A program made the position numbers and the translations under genes. A DNA stretch of 64,000 bases, from UHGV virus genome UHGV-0112180; one strand, 5' to 3'. Below, piece after piece: positions 38,274-49,600 of the stretch (the first letter of the stretch is position 1; each line of letters starts with the position of its first letter). Source of the stretch: a virus. A model generated the notes under the pieces. It searched no databases, was not told the DNA's origin, and worked only from the letters and a program-made list of their open reading frames with translations.

Positions 38274-38360
38274 TGGCGGAGAGTAATGGAATCGAACCAT
38301 CATCGCTTGCGCAATGGGACGGTTTTCAAGACCGTTTGAGCACCATGCTCCCTACTCTCC
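38274..38360 (-). tRNA. tRNA-Ser(UGA)-like, type II with long variable arm and atypically short D-loop (possible pseudo-tRNA)
   Basis: Acceptor GGAGAGT/ACTCTCC + G + CCA; anticodon arm ACGGT-CTTGAAA-ACCGT; T-arm GATGG-TTCGATT-CCATT; D-loop only about 5 nt. Confidence 0.45.
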
Positions 38361-38462
38361 AGTGATTGTGATGGTCGGTGCTGAACTCCGACACAGGGTT
38401 GTAGCAAGCCCCGCAAAGCGCGCACTACTGTAGTTGCGGCACATCAGCCTGTGCATTCACCA

Positions 38463-38552
38463 CAATGTTGAGAACACTGGTTGTCACGCTGCAACGCAAC
38501 ATTTATTCGTAGATTGGGATATGACCCCGTTACGCCAGTGTTCTCAACGTTG
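38463..38552. repeat. Hairpin element of the tRNA-array repeat family (18-bp near-perfect inverted repeat)
   Basis: CAATGTTGAGAACACTGG ... CCAGTGTTCTCAACGTTG with about 55-nt loop. Confidence 0.45.
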
Positions 38553-38690
38553 TAGTGCCGGTTACGGTTCCGGCCAGGCCTCTTCCTCAACGGGGTGTTC
38601 TCCATACGGACTACCGTTTATTGGTCGTTCCTGCGGTTTATGTTGTGAAGCCAGATGCTTATCTTCTGGTTGCTTCAAAGAGCTGCACTT

Positions 38691-38770
38691 CATCACAACG
38701 GTAAGAGCACTCGATGCATTTAAGCCAAGCCCCATAAGGGAGAATGCCCTTACCTGTTGTGTTGTGATGA
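38691..38770. repeat. Hairpin element of the tRNA-array repeat family
   Basis: CATCACAACGGTAAGAGCAC ... GCCCTTACCTGTTGTGTTGTGATG. Confidence 0.45.
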
Positions 38771-38884
38771 CCGGTGCTGATCTCCGGCTTGCGGTTATTT
38801 CAGACTCTCACGGGCGTTTATTTGCCCCGCCGAACAGCTCTTTTCCGCAATAGCTGCAATGTCTTTCGCGCATCAGCCTGCGCA

Positions 38885-38977
38885 TTCATCACAACGGTAA
38901 GGGTACTTCGTAGGGATTCGAACCCTCTGCCAAGCACGGCGATCTCCGACGTCGCAAAATACCCTTACCTGTTGTGT
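38885..38977. repeat. Hairpin element of the tRNA-array repeat family; interior carries a tRNA T-arm-like GGGATTCGAACCC
   Basis: CATTCATCACAACGGTAAGGGTAC ... TACCCTTACCTGTTGTGTTGG, ending immediately before tRNA-Thr. Confidence 0.45.
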
Positions 38978-39054
38978 TGGTGCCGGTTAACGGACTCGAA
39001 CCGCTGACATCCTGCTTACAAGGCAGGCGCTCTACCAACTGAGCTAAACCGGCA
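38978..39054 (-). tRNA. tRNA-Thr (UGU)
   Basis: TGCCGGTTTAGCTCAGTTGGTAGAGCGCCTGCCTTGTAAGCAGGATGTCAGCGGTTCGAGTCCGTTAACCGGCACCA; perfect acceptor and anticodon stems. Confidence 0.8.
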
Positions 39055-39057
39055 ATT

Positions 39058-39144
39058 TGGTGGGGAGTGATGGAGTCGAACCACCCGAGTCGCAATGACA
39101 GTAGATTTACAGTCTACCCCGCTACCCCTACGGACTAACTCCCC
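39058..39144 (-). tRNA. tRNA-Tyr (GUA)-like, type II
   Basis: Acceptor GGGGAGT/ACTCCCC + A + CCA; anticodon arm GTAGA-CTGTAAA-TCTAC; long variable arm; D-arm somewhat atypical. Confidence 0.55.
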
Positions 39145-39149
39145 TGAAT

Positions 39150-39226
39150 TGGCGATGGTGGGTGGATTCGAACCACCGACCGACAGCTTAGAAGGCTGCT
39201 GCTCTATCCTACTGAGCTACACCACC
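39150..39226 (-). tRNA. tRNA-Arg (UCU)
   Basis: GGTGGTGTAGCTCAGTAGGATAGAGC...CCTTCTAAG...GGTGGTTCGAATCCACC...GCCA; anticodon loop CUUCUAA as in argU. Confidence 0.75.
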
Positions 39227-39426
39227 ACTGTGCCGGGTACGTCTCCGGCGAGGGCTTCCACCTCCGTATGCTTTTCGGCGCACCGCGCCCTGGCTGCAAT
39301 TCAGTAACAGGGGATGCATAACCCTGGCTTCCAGCGTGATTAGCGCCTTCAGCATGACGGGATATACCCGTAACCAACAAACTTTCCCATATACCATCAA
39401 GCAATGGCTGTTACGCGGGAGGGACG

Positions 39427-39505
39427 TAACAGGTAAGGGCGCTGACCAGAAAGACCTGACCCTTCTCATTCATCTGGTTAATCACACCAGCGCCCTTGCC
39501 TGTTA
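39427..39505. repeat. Hairpin element of the tRNA-array repeat family (17-bp inverted repeat)
   Basis: TAACAGGTAAGGGCGCTG ... CAGCGCCCTTGCCTGTTA. Confidence 0.45.
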
Positions 39506-39730
39506 TGCCTCCCCGTTCCCTAATACACAGACGGGGACACTCTGCGGTCGATTTTTTGACGGGGGACGACTCATACCCCGTGGCGTCAGGCTTCTTAGGC
39601 CGCTACCATCATCAGATCATCGTTTGCATTTACTTTAATGGTCGGGTTCTAAACCGCCGCAAAGTCGCTAACCATGACGAAAACCCTAAAAAAGCCCACC
39701 CGAAGATGGGCAAATACGCTACATCTCACA

Positions 39731-39809
39731 CAAGAAAGAAGCCGACTGCCTGAGCTGGATTCACTTTCAAATGCCCGCTGAAAGGGATCACAAGTCGGCT
39801 TCTTTCTTG
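39731..39809. repeat. Large hairpin (17-bp perfect inverted repeat) in the noncoding region
   Basis: CAAGAAAGAAGCCGACT ... AGTCGGCTTCTTTCTTG with about 45-nt loop. Confidence 0.4.
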
Positions 39810-40461
39810 ATGCGGCACTCTCTCCGCCCGTCACCGCTCTGTCTCGGTTGTCGCGTTTGCCACGCCAGCCATAACGAGGTTTAAAGTCTTTTCACGTTCC
39901 CATCACTCGACTGCCGTCTGTGGCTGTTCGTTGCAGCGGGGGTGCCTCCCCCTGGGGATATCCCCGGCCTTACCCCATTCTTTCAAGACACAATGCAAGG
40001 CCACATCCGCATAGGTGCATTACCGCAACATTAAGGAGACTCAGGGCAAAAGGTAACCGCCACAAAAATCCCTATGCCTCCTTAATGTTGAAGATGTGCA
40101 TTGATGATTAGATGCAGCATGTACCGTTACTCTCTGCCGGACCATCATCAATGAACACCTTAAAAAGACCTTCCGTGGCTCAACATGTATTGTCGTTTAC
40201 TCCGCAAAGTGCTCTCTCTGAAACCACTTTCCGCACTAAACCTGTTGAACTTTGGTCTGCTCGGTGCCAAAGCGTGCTCTTGGTTTACTATACTTTTCTA
40301 ACACTTTAATTTGTTAATTGCTGGTGGGCAAACAATAACCAATAAGTGACTATCAAGCCCAGCAAGCGAAACGTGGGTACCGCCCACCAGCAAGGAAAAT
40401 TCTATGTTAAGTCATCTTCACAATCAATACATTCGAATTGTGATTTTAGATTTCTAACACA

Positions 40462-41670
40462 TTATTTCCCATAAAGATCTTCTACACCCCCATTCTTCTT
40501 ATCCCATTCGTTCGCCCATACCCGGCAAGCGTCAATGATTTCCTGACGACGATCTCCTTGCATGAACGGAATGCTTTCATGGAAACAGCTTGGAATGCAG
40601 GCCACACTGAATACAGTATCAAACTCCGTCTGCTTGATTGCCTCCAGCGTCTCCGGACGCATTTTTAATTCATCGATTGGCGCATCCTTAGAGTCCATAA
40701 TCCGGCGATATAAGCGCGGAAAATCCGTCTCCAGGTACGCCATAATTTTATCTGCGAGACATTCGTCTATGTCGGTATTCCAGTCCTTTTCGAAGCCCGG
40801 CAGGCGATAGTAAAGCGGCGTTCCCCATACCGATGGGATCACATCCATCGTTAACAGGCGATTAGTTCTGATTTGTTGATGGTAATTAGCCGTCAGCAGT
40901 GCTTCGCCACGCTGCCCAGTTTCCGCAACCAGGCCGTGCGGATACTCATGGATGTAGGCAATGGCATCCCTTCCATCATACATAAGTGGAAATGTCTCTG
41001 GTCTTTGTCCCATGCCACAAGCACGGTTCAGATCGTGACCAAGCTGTGAGCACTCTCGCTTTAATGTTTCGATAATGCTCTGCGCTGTAGCCAACTTTTT
41101 ACGCAGTGTGACGCCTTCGCCTTGATAATCAATGCATTGCTGATTGAGCTTGGTTAAACGCTCTTTTAGTTCCCGGCGCTCTCTTTTCAGCGTGCGGTTA
41201 TCCTTCTCCGCAACATCCAGCCGCTTTGTCAGGCTGGGCGGATAGTCTTTTTTGTAACGGTTCAAATCGGCTTCGGCAGATTTACGCAGTGTATTTGCCT
41301 GTTCAAGACGCGCTTCCAGATTGCCGATCTCATTACGCATATTCGCGGCAAATTGATTAACTGCATCGCCCAGGCTTTCAACTGTCGCTGATACGCCTGT
41401 GACTTGTGAAAAACGGATCAAGCCATCATTAACGGCTTGTTGGTATTCCTCAAACTGATCCACCAGCTTATTGTAATCAACTGCCCCATCATCAAGCAGC
41501 TTGTTGATTTCCGCCACCAGGTTATCTGTAGTGGCAATGACACTCTCGTGCAGTCGCTTTGACAGGTCATCTCCCGGATTCCGTTTCTGTATAAGAGCGA
41601 TTTGTGTGCGCAGCGTTTCAATTGCTGTCGAGATAATTTCCAGATTAGAAGTATCAGTGTGTTGACTCAT
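40462..41670 (-). CDS. Hypothetical coiled-coil protein
   Basis: About 400-aa ORF; start ambiguous (GTG at 41685 or ATG at 41670). Confidence 0.4.
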   Translation of the reverse strand: MSQHTDTSNLEIISTAIETLRTQIALIQKRNPGDDLSKRLHESVIATTDNLVAEINKLLDDGAVDYNKLVDQFEEYQQAVNDGLIRFSQVTGVSATVESLGDAVNQFAANMRNEIGNLEARLEQANTLRKSAEADLNRYKKDYPPSLTKRLDVAEKDNRTLKRERRELKERLTKLNQQCIDYQGEGVTLRKKLATAQSIIETLKRECSQLGHDLNRACGMGQRPETFPLMYDGRDAIAYIHEYPHGLVAETGQRGEALLTANYHQQIRTNRLLTMDVIPSVWGTPLYYRLPGFEKDWNTDIDECLADKIMAYLETDFPRLYRRIMDSKDAPIDELKMRPETLEAIKQTEFDTVFSVACIPSCFHESIPFMQGDRRQEIIDACRVWANEWDKKNGGVEDLYGK

Positions 41671-41783
41671 TGCTGTTCCCGTCACTTTGTTAAATTAGTT
41701 TTCTAACATATTTTATTAGTTTGATGACGGTATCGGAAGATGCAATAAACAAAAAACCCGCTAATTGGCGGGTTTTTATGCAA

Positions 41784-42098
41784 TTACTGTGTTGCAGCCT
41801 GATAAATAAGATACGCGATAAATACAGGTACGATGGCCCATTGCAGCAATGAAAGTAGCCTCATTACTGTTATTGGGGTAACTCCATCCACGTATTGTTT
41901 CTCTGACATTTTCCCTAACCAACTAACCGACAACAGTGCCGAGTTTTCCCCCAATTCCAGCTCTCTGAGAGCTTCACGGATTAACGGCGCTGTCACAGCC
42001 TTAACCGGTGTGCTCAACGTGATACTCCGCGTCCTCCCCGCATCGTCAGCGAACGCCAGACTCACATAATATTTTTTGCTCAATGTACAAACTCCCAA
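41784..42098 (-). CDS. Small membrane-anchored protein
   Basis: C-terminal hydrophobic segment LLSLLQWAIVPVFIAYLIYQ. Confidence 0.3.
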   Translation of the reverse strand: MGVCTLSKKYYVSLAFADDAGRTRSITLSTPVKAVTAPLIREALRELELGENSALLSVSWLGKMSEKQYVDGVTPITVMRLLSLLQWAIVPVFIAYLIYQAATQ

Positions 42099-42294
42099 TC
42101 ATCAGCGCTTGCACTTTCCGGGGTTATGTGAACCTTATCGCCAGTAACAATATTGCGAGCTTCAAAACTTCCATTGATACGTTTCGAGATCTCAATACAT
42201 AGAGCCTGCTGCCATGAGCGACGACGAGCGATAGCATTAGTTCCTGCAGGGATAAGTTCTGCCACGTTAAGTAAACGCAAAACGATTTCTCCGT

Positions 42295-42789
42295 TTAATC
42301 AAGACAAACATACTCCGTGATAGCTTTTATGGCTTCAGCGGCACTGCGCGCCTCAAAGCAGTAGTAACCGGCTTCAGTGAGGCGGGTCATCCAGACGAGT
42401 TGTTCGGGAGTCAGGCGATTTCTCCCATGTTTCATCTCAATGCGCATTCCGTGGTATCCCCCACAAGCAAGGTCTATAGAAAGATCGGGATATCCCTTCT
42501 TTTGGCCCTCTGCCACCATTTTTATTGCCGTCCTTATGCCTCGCAGGCCACCGTTTGGAGTGGCGTGAGTATGCTCATACACATAACGCATATTGCGATA
42601 CAACCAGTCCAGGACGCGAACCTGCTCGTAATGCTCATGGTTCCTTTTGATTAGATCTGGGTTTTTCTCCAGTTCTCTAAGAGCTGCGGCATGTGGGGAT
42701 GTTTCAGAATATTCACTGCGACGCCTTCTCTTTCGCGCTATTTTTCTAACACACCCATTGATGGTAAATATGCGAAATAATAACAACAA
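42295..42789 (-). CDS. VRR-NUC domain nuclease-like protein
   Basis: KKGYPDLSIDLACGGYHGMRIEMKHG resembles the VRR-NUC (PD-(D/E)xK) core; N-terminal extent uncertain. Confidence 0.45.
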   Translation of the reverse strand: MLLLFRIFTINGCVRKIARKRRRRSEYSETSPHAAALRELEKNPDLIKRNHEHYEQVRVLDWLYRNMRYVYEHTHATPNGGLRGIRTAIKMVAEGQKKGYPDLSIDLACGGYHGMRIEMKHGRNRLTPEQLVWMTRLTEAGYYCFEARSAAEAIKAITEYVCLD

Positions 42790-42925
42790 CGTTAGATTTG
42801 TAAAACAAGAGAGATACTACTCAAGGATGGTCTATATGCAACAGGTCGGATTTGCTTTTAGAGTAAAGAGTGACCTTAATCAACAAGGAGGGTAAATCGC
42901 ATGGCATTTACCCAACCTGTTATTT

Positions 42926-43186
42926 TTAAAGGGTTATTTTATCCTGTTCGGATAATTCTTTGATTGTCTTGTCGATTGCGATCAACCAACCTTCATAGGT
43001 TAAATCATCAACAAGTTCTACCAACTTATCATCGGTGTGAGGAAAGTATATCCAGCTCCAGTTCGCAGGGTTTTCTGCTTTTCGCAGCGTAAAAACCTTC
43101 TTGTAACGGTGGAACTCAAGGACATACCCCTTCGATATGGAATATTCCTTTAGGTCTTCGACCGTAAACCTACGATTCTTTCGCAT
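42926..43186 (-). CDS. Hypothetical small protein
   Basis: 86-aa ORF. Confidence 0.3.
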   Translation of the reverse strand: MRKNRRFTVEDLKEYSISKGYVLEFHRYKKVFTLRKAENPANWSWIYFPHTDDKLVELVDDLTYEGWLIAIDKTIKELSEQDKITL

Positions 43187-43188
43187 GG

Positions 43189-43623
43189 CTACCCCATGAT
43201 TCGATATTTCTCTATAGACTCGTCGTAACTTATGTACACGTATGGCTCGGTATCATCAGCATAAGGTGCGACTTCCAGAGCATGAACGGGATTGTATACC
43301 GCGTCATTTTCCAGGCGATCGCTCGAATACAGATGCCCAGCCAAAACCGTAAGCGCCGGGCGACTCATTTTGTAGATCTCTGCCACATCACTATCTACAA
43401 CTTGTCCAAATGATATGTCGCCGCGCTCCAGCAATATCGTTTTGAGCGCGGGCCACCACGGACCATAAAGGTGATAAAGCTGTGGATTTTTCTTCAGTCT
43501 TTCTACCATGCCATCAAGATAAACTGTCAGGTATTCTTCTTCACTCCTGCCATTGAGCGCCTGCGGCAAAATGTCCTCAAGGTAGGATTCCGTCGGTTTT
43601 ACAGTGTCAATTAATGTCGTCAT
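43189..43623 (-). CDS. Hypothetical protein
   Basis: 144-aa ORF. Confidence 0.3.
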   Translation of the reverse strand: MTTLIDTVKPTESYLEDILPQALNGRSEEEYLTVYLDGMVERLKKNPQLYHLYGPWWPALKTILLERGDISFGQVVDSDVAEIYKMSRPALTVLAGHLYSSDRLENDAVYNPVHALEVAPYADDTEPYVYISYDESIEKYRIMG

Positions 43624-43659
43624 TCAAATTCGGCCCCGGTTGGGGCCGCTCCTTATCTG

Positions 43660-46600
43660 TTAGGCCGCATCGGCGATTATTTTACGCAGTTCATCTACCG
43701 AGTAACGCGTAGATACCATCCATGCAGGACGGTCAAAGTTCACATCAGCAACCGGGTTTGCTTCAAAATTCCAGAAACGCCCGCCAATCTTCTTAATCGC
43801 GTCTTTGGCGTTCCGTATTGTCGAGGAACCTGGCTGGTCGGCAATGAGATAAACCGCGCCAACGTCTTCGCTGACGCTCCACCAGCGCCCGCGAACACGC
43901 GCCTTAGCGCGAATCGGCTTATCATTAACCACAATGATATAGTCATCATTCGCCGCTTCATCAGCTCTTGCTTCAGCCACTGCCGCCTGCTCTTCTCTTT
44001 TGCTTTCAGCCTGCTCAAGCCTTTTCGCGATCTCTGATTCAGTGGCCCCGCCGTTTTTCAGCGATACATAGTCCTGCCACGTTGCCGATTTGAGCGCATC
44101 CGGCAACTCATTCACATAGTCGCCGTCTTTCAACTCACGGGCGCGACGGGTAGCCATTTCTACCAGGCGATTAACAGAAACAGCATCAGCAAAATCGTCC
44201 TTACTAATGTGTTTTTCATCAAATGCATTGATGACAGCCCCAACCTTAATCCACTGTGCTGCCGGTGATTCCAAGGGGTTATCAGCCTGAACAATGGCGA
44301 GTTTCGCTCCATCTACCCCATTATTCGCCAGCTGTTCCAATGCCGCCCATCCATCTGCATCACTGAGTGATTTATATTGCTCAAACAATGCATCGCGCCA
44401 GGCCACCAGCGCAGAACGTGTTTTTTCGATCTTCGCCTTAATTTTCGCGATCTTGACCTGATTAAACATCCGTTCAATATCATCGATATTGCTAAAGGCT
44501 TTCATCCTGCCCTGGAATAAACGGTATGCCAGCACGGTCCTCCAGAATGATTCCAGACCTTCTCCGGACGGTTTACGGAACAAGCTAAGAATATCTTCAG
44601 AAGTGACTTTATTAAGCGAACGACCTGACAGACCACGCCCAGCCATCCAGTTTTCGAACTCCTGGGCAACATCATCCATCGTTGCTTGTGCGCCCCATGC
44701 CTGCATTCCCTGGATGTAATCATACCCATACAATGCCTGGAGGAATCCCTCTCCGTCCACGATATTCAGCGGATTATCACTGGCTTGTATTTTTGCCACT
44801 TCACGCTTCAGCGCCTCATTGTTGATATCAGGGTAAATCCACTGCTCTGGTGCAATATCCGATGTACGCCCGATTTTCTGTCCTATCATGCCATCATAGG
44901 TCGATGACAGCGCGATCTGACCATCATCTGTGCGATAAGCCCAGTATTTAATAGCTGACCCACCGCCCCATGCATTACCAGGTTTACCAGCAATAACATT
45001 CATTACCCCATTGCGAATAGCATCATAGAACTGATCGCGAGTAAGTATTGTTGATAGCTGGTGGCACTGAACACCACGCGCAGCCGTTGCGCGCGATTCA
45101 GCTACCCCCTCTTCAAAAGTTACCGCTTCAATCACAGAGTCAAACGGCAATGTAACGATTGACCCCGGTGCTCGAGCGTAACGACTTGCTCTATCCAGCC
45201 AGGCGATACGGCAGAGGTATTGTGCTTTTTCACCGTCAATTTTTTCCACCCGGACAATCGCTGTTGTTTCGCGATCATCAATGACTGCACGGTAATAACT
45301 ACCTTTATGCAACAGGATATTCTTGTCAGTGCGCATATATTCCTGTGGGTTCTGAATAACATCGATACTGATATCCAGCACACCAGACTTAATAGCGCGC
45401 TCCACATCACCACGAGAGCGTTTCATTATGGTATCCGCGTCTTTTGCCCTGGTGATCGCAAACCGCAGCACCCGCGCACGTTTTCTGTAGCTACTCAACT
45501 GCTCAAGCGCGTATTTTTGCCCATTCCTGTTCGTACCCGCTTTTATCAGGTCGTCAAGATTGCGCTGGTAATACTCTATCTGTTCCATCGCGCTTTTCAG
45601 TTCTGTCTCCATCATGCCGATATCTTTTCCGGCGGCGTTTGCCGCTTTCAGGTAGATATCGAGAGCATTGTTGGCCTCGCGCTGTGCTTTCAGTTTCAGA
45701 CGTTCTTCACGCTCTTGCGCCTGGCGAGCCATGATTGCGCGGCGTTCTTCCGGGTTTGCCGCCAGCATAATGGCGCGTTCATCAGCATCATCCGCATCAC
45801 CATTGGCGATCTCTGACATGTCGGAGGTCATCACCATCTTGATCCAATCTTTCTTACGTTTCAGCGTATCCAGACGGAAGTCGTCGAATGTGCCTTTGCC
45901 ACAATAGTAGTGAACATTGACCTTCTCTTGCGGTGAACCTACGCGCGCACCGCGCCCATTTCGTTGGTCGATACTGGCTGGTGTCCAGGGTAGTGTCAGG
46001 TGGTGGATATCGGTTGTCCCGATGTGCAGGTTAATACCTACTTCAGCCTTCTTGTTACAGATTATGATACGCGTGCGACCTTCGTTATAGTCGGCGGCAA
46101 TACCTTCCATGCCCTCAAGGCCAGCATCATTTTTAGCTGAGAGATAATCCTCATATTGGGCAAGTTTGCTGTAGTAGGTTTCCCATGCCCCTTCTTTGTA
46201 TTCACCGTTTTTGTTTGGAGTAGGTTCGGTCGGCTTATTCACCTTCTTCAGCTTGATGCCGCCAGCCTGGCTAACTGTCGTTGCATTGATAATGCCAATC
46301 TCCTGCTCCGGCATTTGCAGTGCACTGGCGATAATACGGCGCAGCTTCTGGTGCTGGGCTTTTTCATCAATAAAGACGATCTGCTTACCGTTCTTCAGAC
46401 CTTCACGAAGATTTTCGATCAGCGCGGCATACTTCGGCGGGATGGGGTGCGATACCTGCTGCATATCAATACCGGCAGCCGCAATGGCCTTAAGTATTTC
46501 AGCTTCCAGTTCAATGCTGGCACGTATTTCAACATGCGTCGGATGTTCACTAAAAGCGGTCTTCACTACCTTGCTGGTACGCGTACTGACCAGCCCGCCA

Positions 46601-49600
46601 GCGCCGTCTTCCTCGGCCTCATCAACATCATCTGCCACTTTACCGCCAGCTACTTTTGGCAAGGCATCAGCAATAGCTTTTACCTGGTCTGCAAGCTCAA
46701 CGGGGAACTGGAATGTAATCGCACTGGCATACAGATCCGGGTCTATAGCAACCTTGTCCATGTCACGGATGATGGAGAAGATGAAATCATCCGGTTTGTC
46801 GTTAGTGATATGCCCGTTTTCATCGACTGTCAGCTCATCATTGCGACTTAACTCCTGAGCACGCTTACGAAGCTCTTCATAAGCAGTCTCCTGCTCCCCT
46901 GTCATCGGGATCTGCAAGGTGTTCTCAATGATGTCGGGAATTTTAACCGTTGCTCCGACATCTGCAGCAGTCTTCAGAGTGGTCCAACGATGGAAAATAC
47001 CACGCAGGCCGTCAAGGTTCTGGAAGCCCACCAGCCCCTGCTTCTCTTCCACTTCCCCGGAAATTTTCTGGACCTGAACTGTGGCTGTTTTGCCAAACAC
47101 ACGAACGAAATCATCAGGCGTAATGATGCCCATGCGCATCCACTCTTCCTGCGGAATGACAGTAGACAGCATGTTGAAGGCATCAATCGGACTGTTCACC
47201 AGCGGAGTTGCCGTCAGCATGACTACACCACGCCCGTTGTTGCGTTTCATCATGTACGCAGCTTTTACAGCCATGTCGCGGGCCATCTTGGATACTGCCG
47301 GGTTAGGCAAATATGCCAGTTGTCCCGCTTCACGCCCGGCATTAAAGGAGTTGCGGTAGTTATGCCCCTCGTCGGCAATCACGCTATCGAAGTTCATATC
47401 CTCAAAGTACGGGATATTCTGCTTCTTCGTTGTACCGGTATTCGCGGCCTGATCCTTAATCTTGTTCTTCTTCTGCGCATCACGGTGTTTACCGGACGCC
47501 AGGTCAAGACGCCCCATTTCCACAGCATTAAAGACAGCTTGCTGTGAGTTCTCCTCGATGGTTTTTTCTCGTAGCGGGATAGACGCGAATTGTTCTTTTG
47601 TCATGATGACCGTTCGCCAATTTGACGACGGGATCATGTTCATGCGCTGAACGATAACGGCGCTGGCGGACTCTTTCACAACATTTCTGGTAAGAGGCTG
47701 CCCGTTACTGTCGAGGCGTGGTTCGCCATTTTCATCAAGCACCGGCGCGGTCAGAATATTTCCGCTGTCATCACGAACTTCATCCAAACCGATAAACATC
47801 ATATTGGCGAAGGCATCAGCACTGTAGAAACTCTGTGCCTCGTGATACCAGTTCTGATAAACCGCCTTCGGAACAACAATACACGTGCGTTTAGTGCGAC
47901 CTGTTTCGAAGTTATACGCCTCAAGCGCAAGCGCGGTCGTGGTTTTACCCAGCCCGGTACCAAATCCCATGATGCCGCGCCCATCTTCTGACAAGCGCCG
48001 AACTTCTTCATTCTGATAAGTAAGAGGAATGCGCTTTCCACTAAGCCCTTCCAGGCCAAGCGGTGCGTCAGAATGCGTGAACGGAATGAAACCATTGAAT
48101 GCGTCGTTATACTCGCGGGCTATCTGATCAGCCTGCGGGTGAGTGCGTAACCAGTCGTTAAAACTAACTTCCAGTTGAGCAATTTTATCCAGGTACTCGT
48201 TAGCGTTCTGCCCACGCGGTTTAACACCGTTCAGGTAGTTTTCTAACTGGTTCAGGAAGCCGTCTTTATTGTTGGCCTTCTTGAACTCATTCCCGTTTTT
48301 GCCGTTTACGGTTCGTAGCTGATAGCCGGTAAATACCCCGTCCTTACCTTCGTAATCGTCCGGAGATACCAGAATGCCATCGACGACCTTCAGATCAGGT
48401 TCAGTGTACTTAAACTCGTCATAGCCCTGCTCTGCCAGGAACTCTTTTATCAAGCGGCGATCCAGCCAGCGGGCATTCAGATTAACGGTGACTTTATTTA
48501 GTGGCGTGAAAATACGTTTCTCTTCGATTTTCGCCAACTGACGCTCAAAGTTCGCTTTCTGCTCACCTGTTGACGCATCACGCCAGCCCATCAGCAATGC
48601 TGTTTTGGTTGCAATATCGCCGCTGGTGGCGCGGTCCATCGGCAGCAGGCAGCCATACCCATCAATAGCGATATCATCAAATTTCGCCAGGTATTCAAGG
48701 GCCGCGTCGTCGTCCTCTGGCAGTTCACCAGCAAACGCCTCACGAAAGTCTCCCAGCGTTATAGGATTAAGGGCTACATCACTGAAAAGATGTGCTATCA
48801 CTTGTTCAGGACGTGTAAAGTCAATACCGGCAGCACCATCCGTTACATCAAGTCGCCCTGCCAGAAGGTCAGAAGTGGAACCATCCTGTTTCACATTGCC
48901 AGTGAACGTCATCCAGTTTTTAGCGCCAGCTTCAGCAAGCCCATTCAGCTTAATGGCGTGCGGTGGCCCATACTTCGCAACTTCTGCTGCCGCCAGGCGG
49001 GATGCATCTGCCAGTTTGTCATCAACGTTCACACCCAGGTTACGCAAATCAAGTGCCTTGTTGATCAACTGACCTATCAGCGCACCGCGCATAACGCGCT
49101 CCCTGTCTTTTTCTCGCTGCTTGCCAGCAAAGCGAATCATTGCTGCCACTTCATCACTGACAACCGATGGATAGTCGGACGCGATCGCCGATATCTGGTC
49201 CCATGACAAAGCCAGAATCCCGTTTGTTGACTGGAACGCGATCTGCAGATCGCCAAACGTCGAAACACCATATCGACTTACATCAAGCGCGGAGGATTTG
49301 GTTGTCGTGTCCTTAACCCATTTCAGACCATCAAACTCATGCCAGATACCGCCTACAAGGCGTTTATCGCCCACTTTCGCGCCCTGCCATGCCTGAGTAG
49401 TTACGCCGAGCAAATCCCAATTGATGCGACTATCAAAGCGACGAGATAGCGCGGTTTTCATCGACTCATTGGATACACGACCGTCTTTTTTCACCACCAG
49501 GGTATTGCGGAAGCTGGTACGTTCCATGTCGCCGTAAACAAATCGCTTCCCTTCGGTTGTAAACCATTTTCCTTTGAGGAAGGTATCCCAAAGGACGTTT

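Noticed and set aside
38885-38977. Possible additional tRNA gene suggested by the T-arm-like GGGATTCGAACCC
   Set aside because: No acceptor stem can be paired and no D or anticodon arm with a 7-nt loop exists; kept as a hairpin repeat or tRNA remnant.
36955-39510. CRISPR array or integron attC sites as explanations for the repeated units
   Set aside because: Unit lengths and spacings are irregular, the repeats are inverted rather than direct, no cas or intI gene is present, and the ends do not match attC core sequences.
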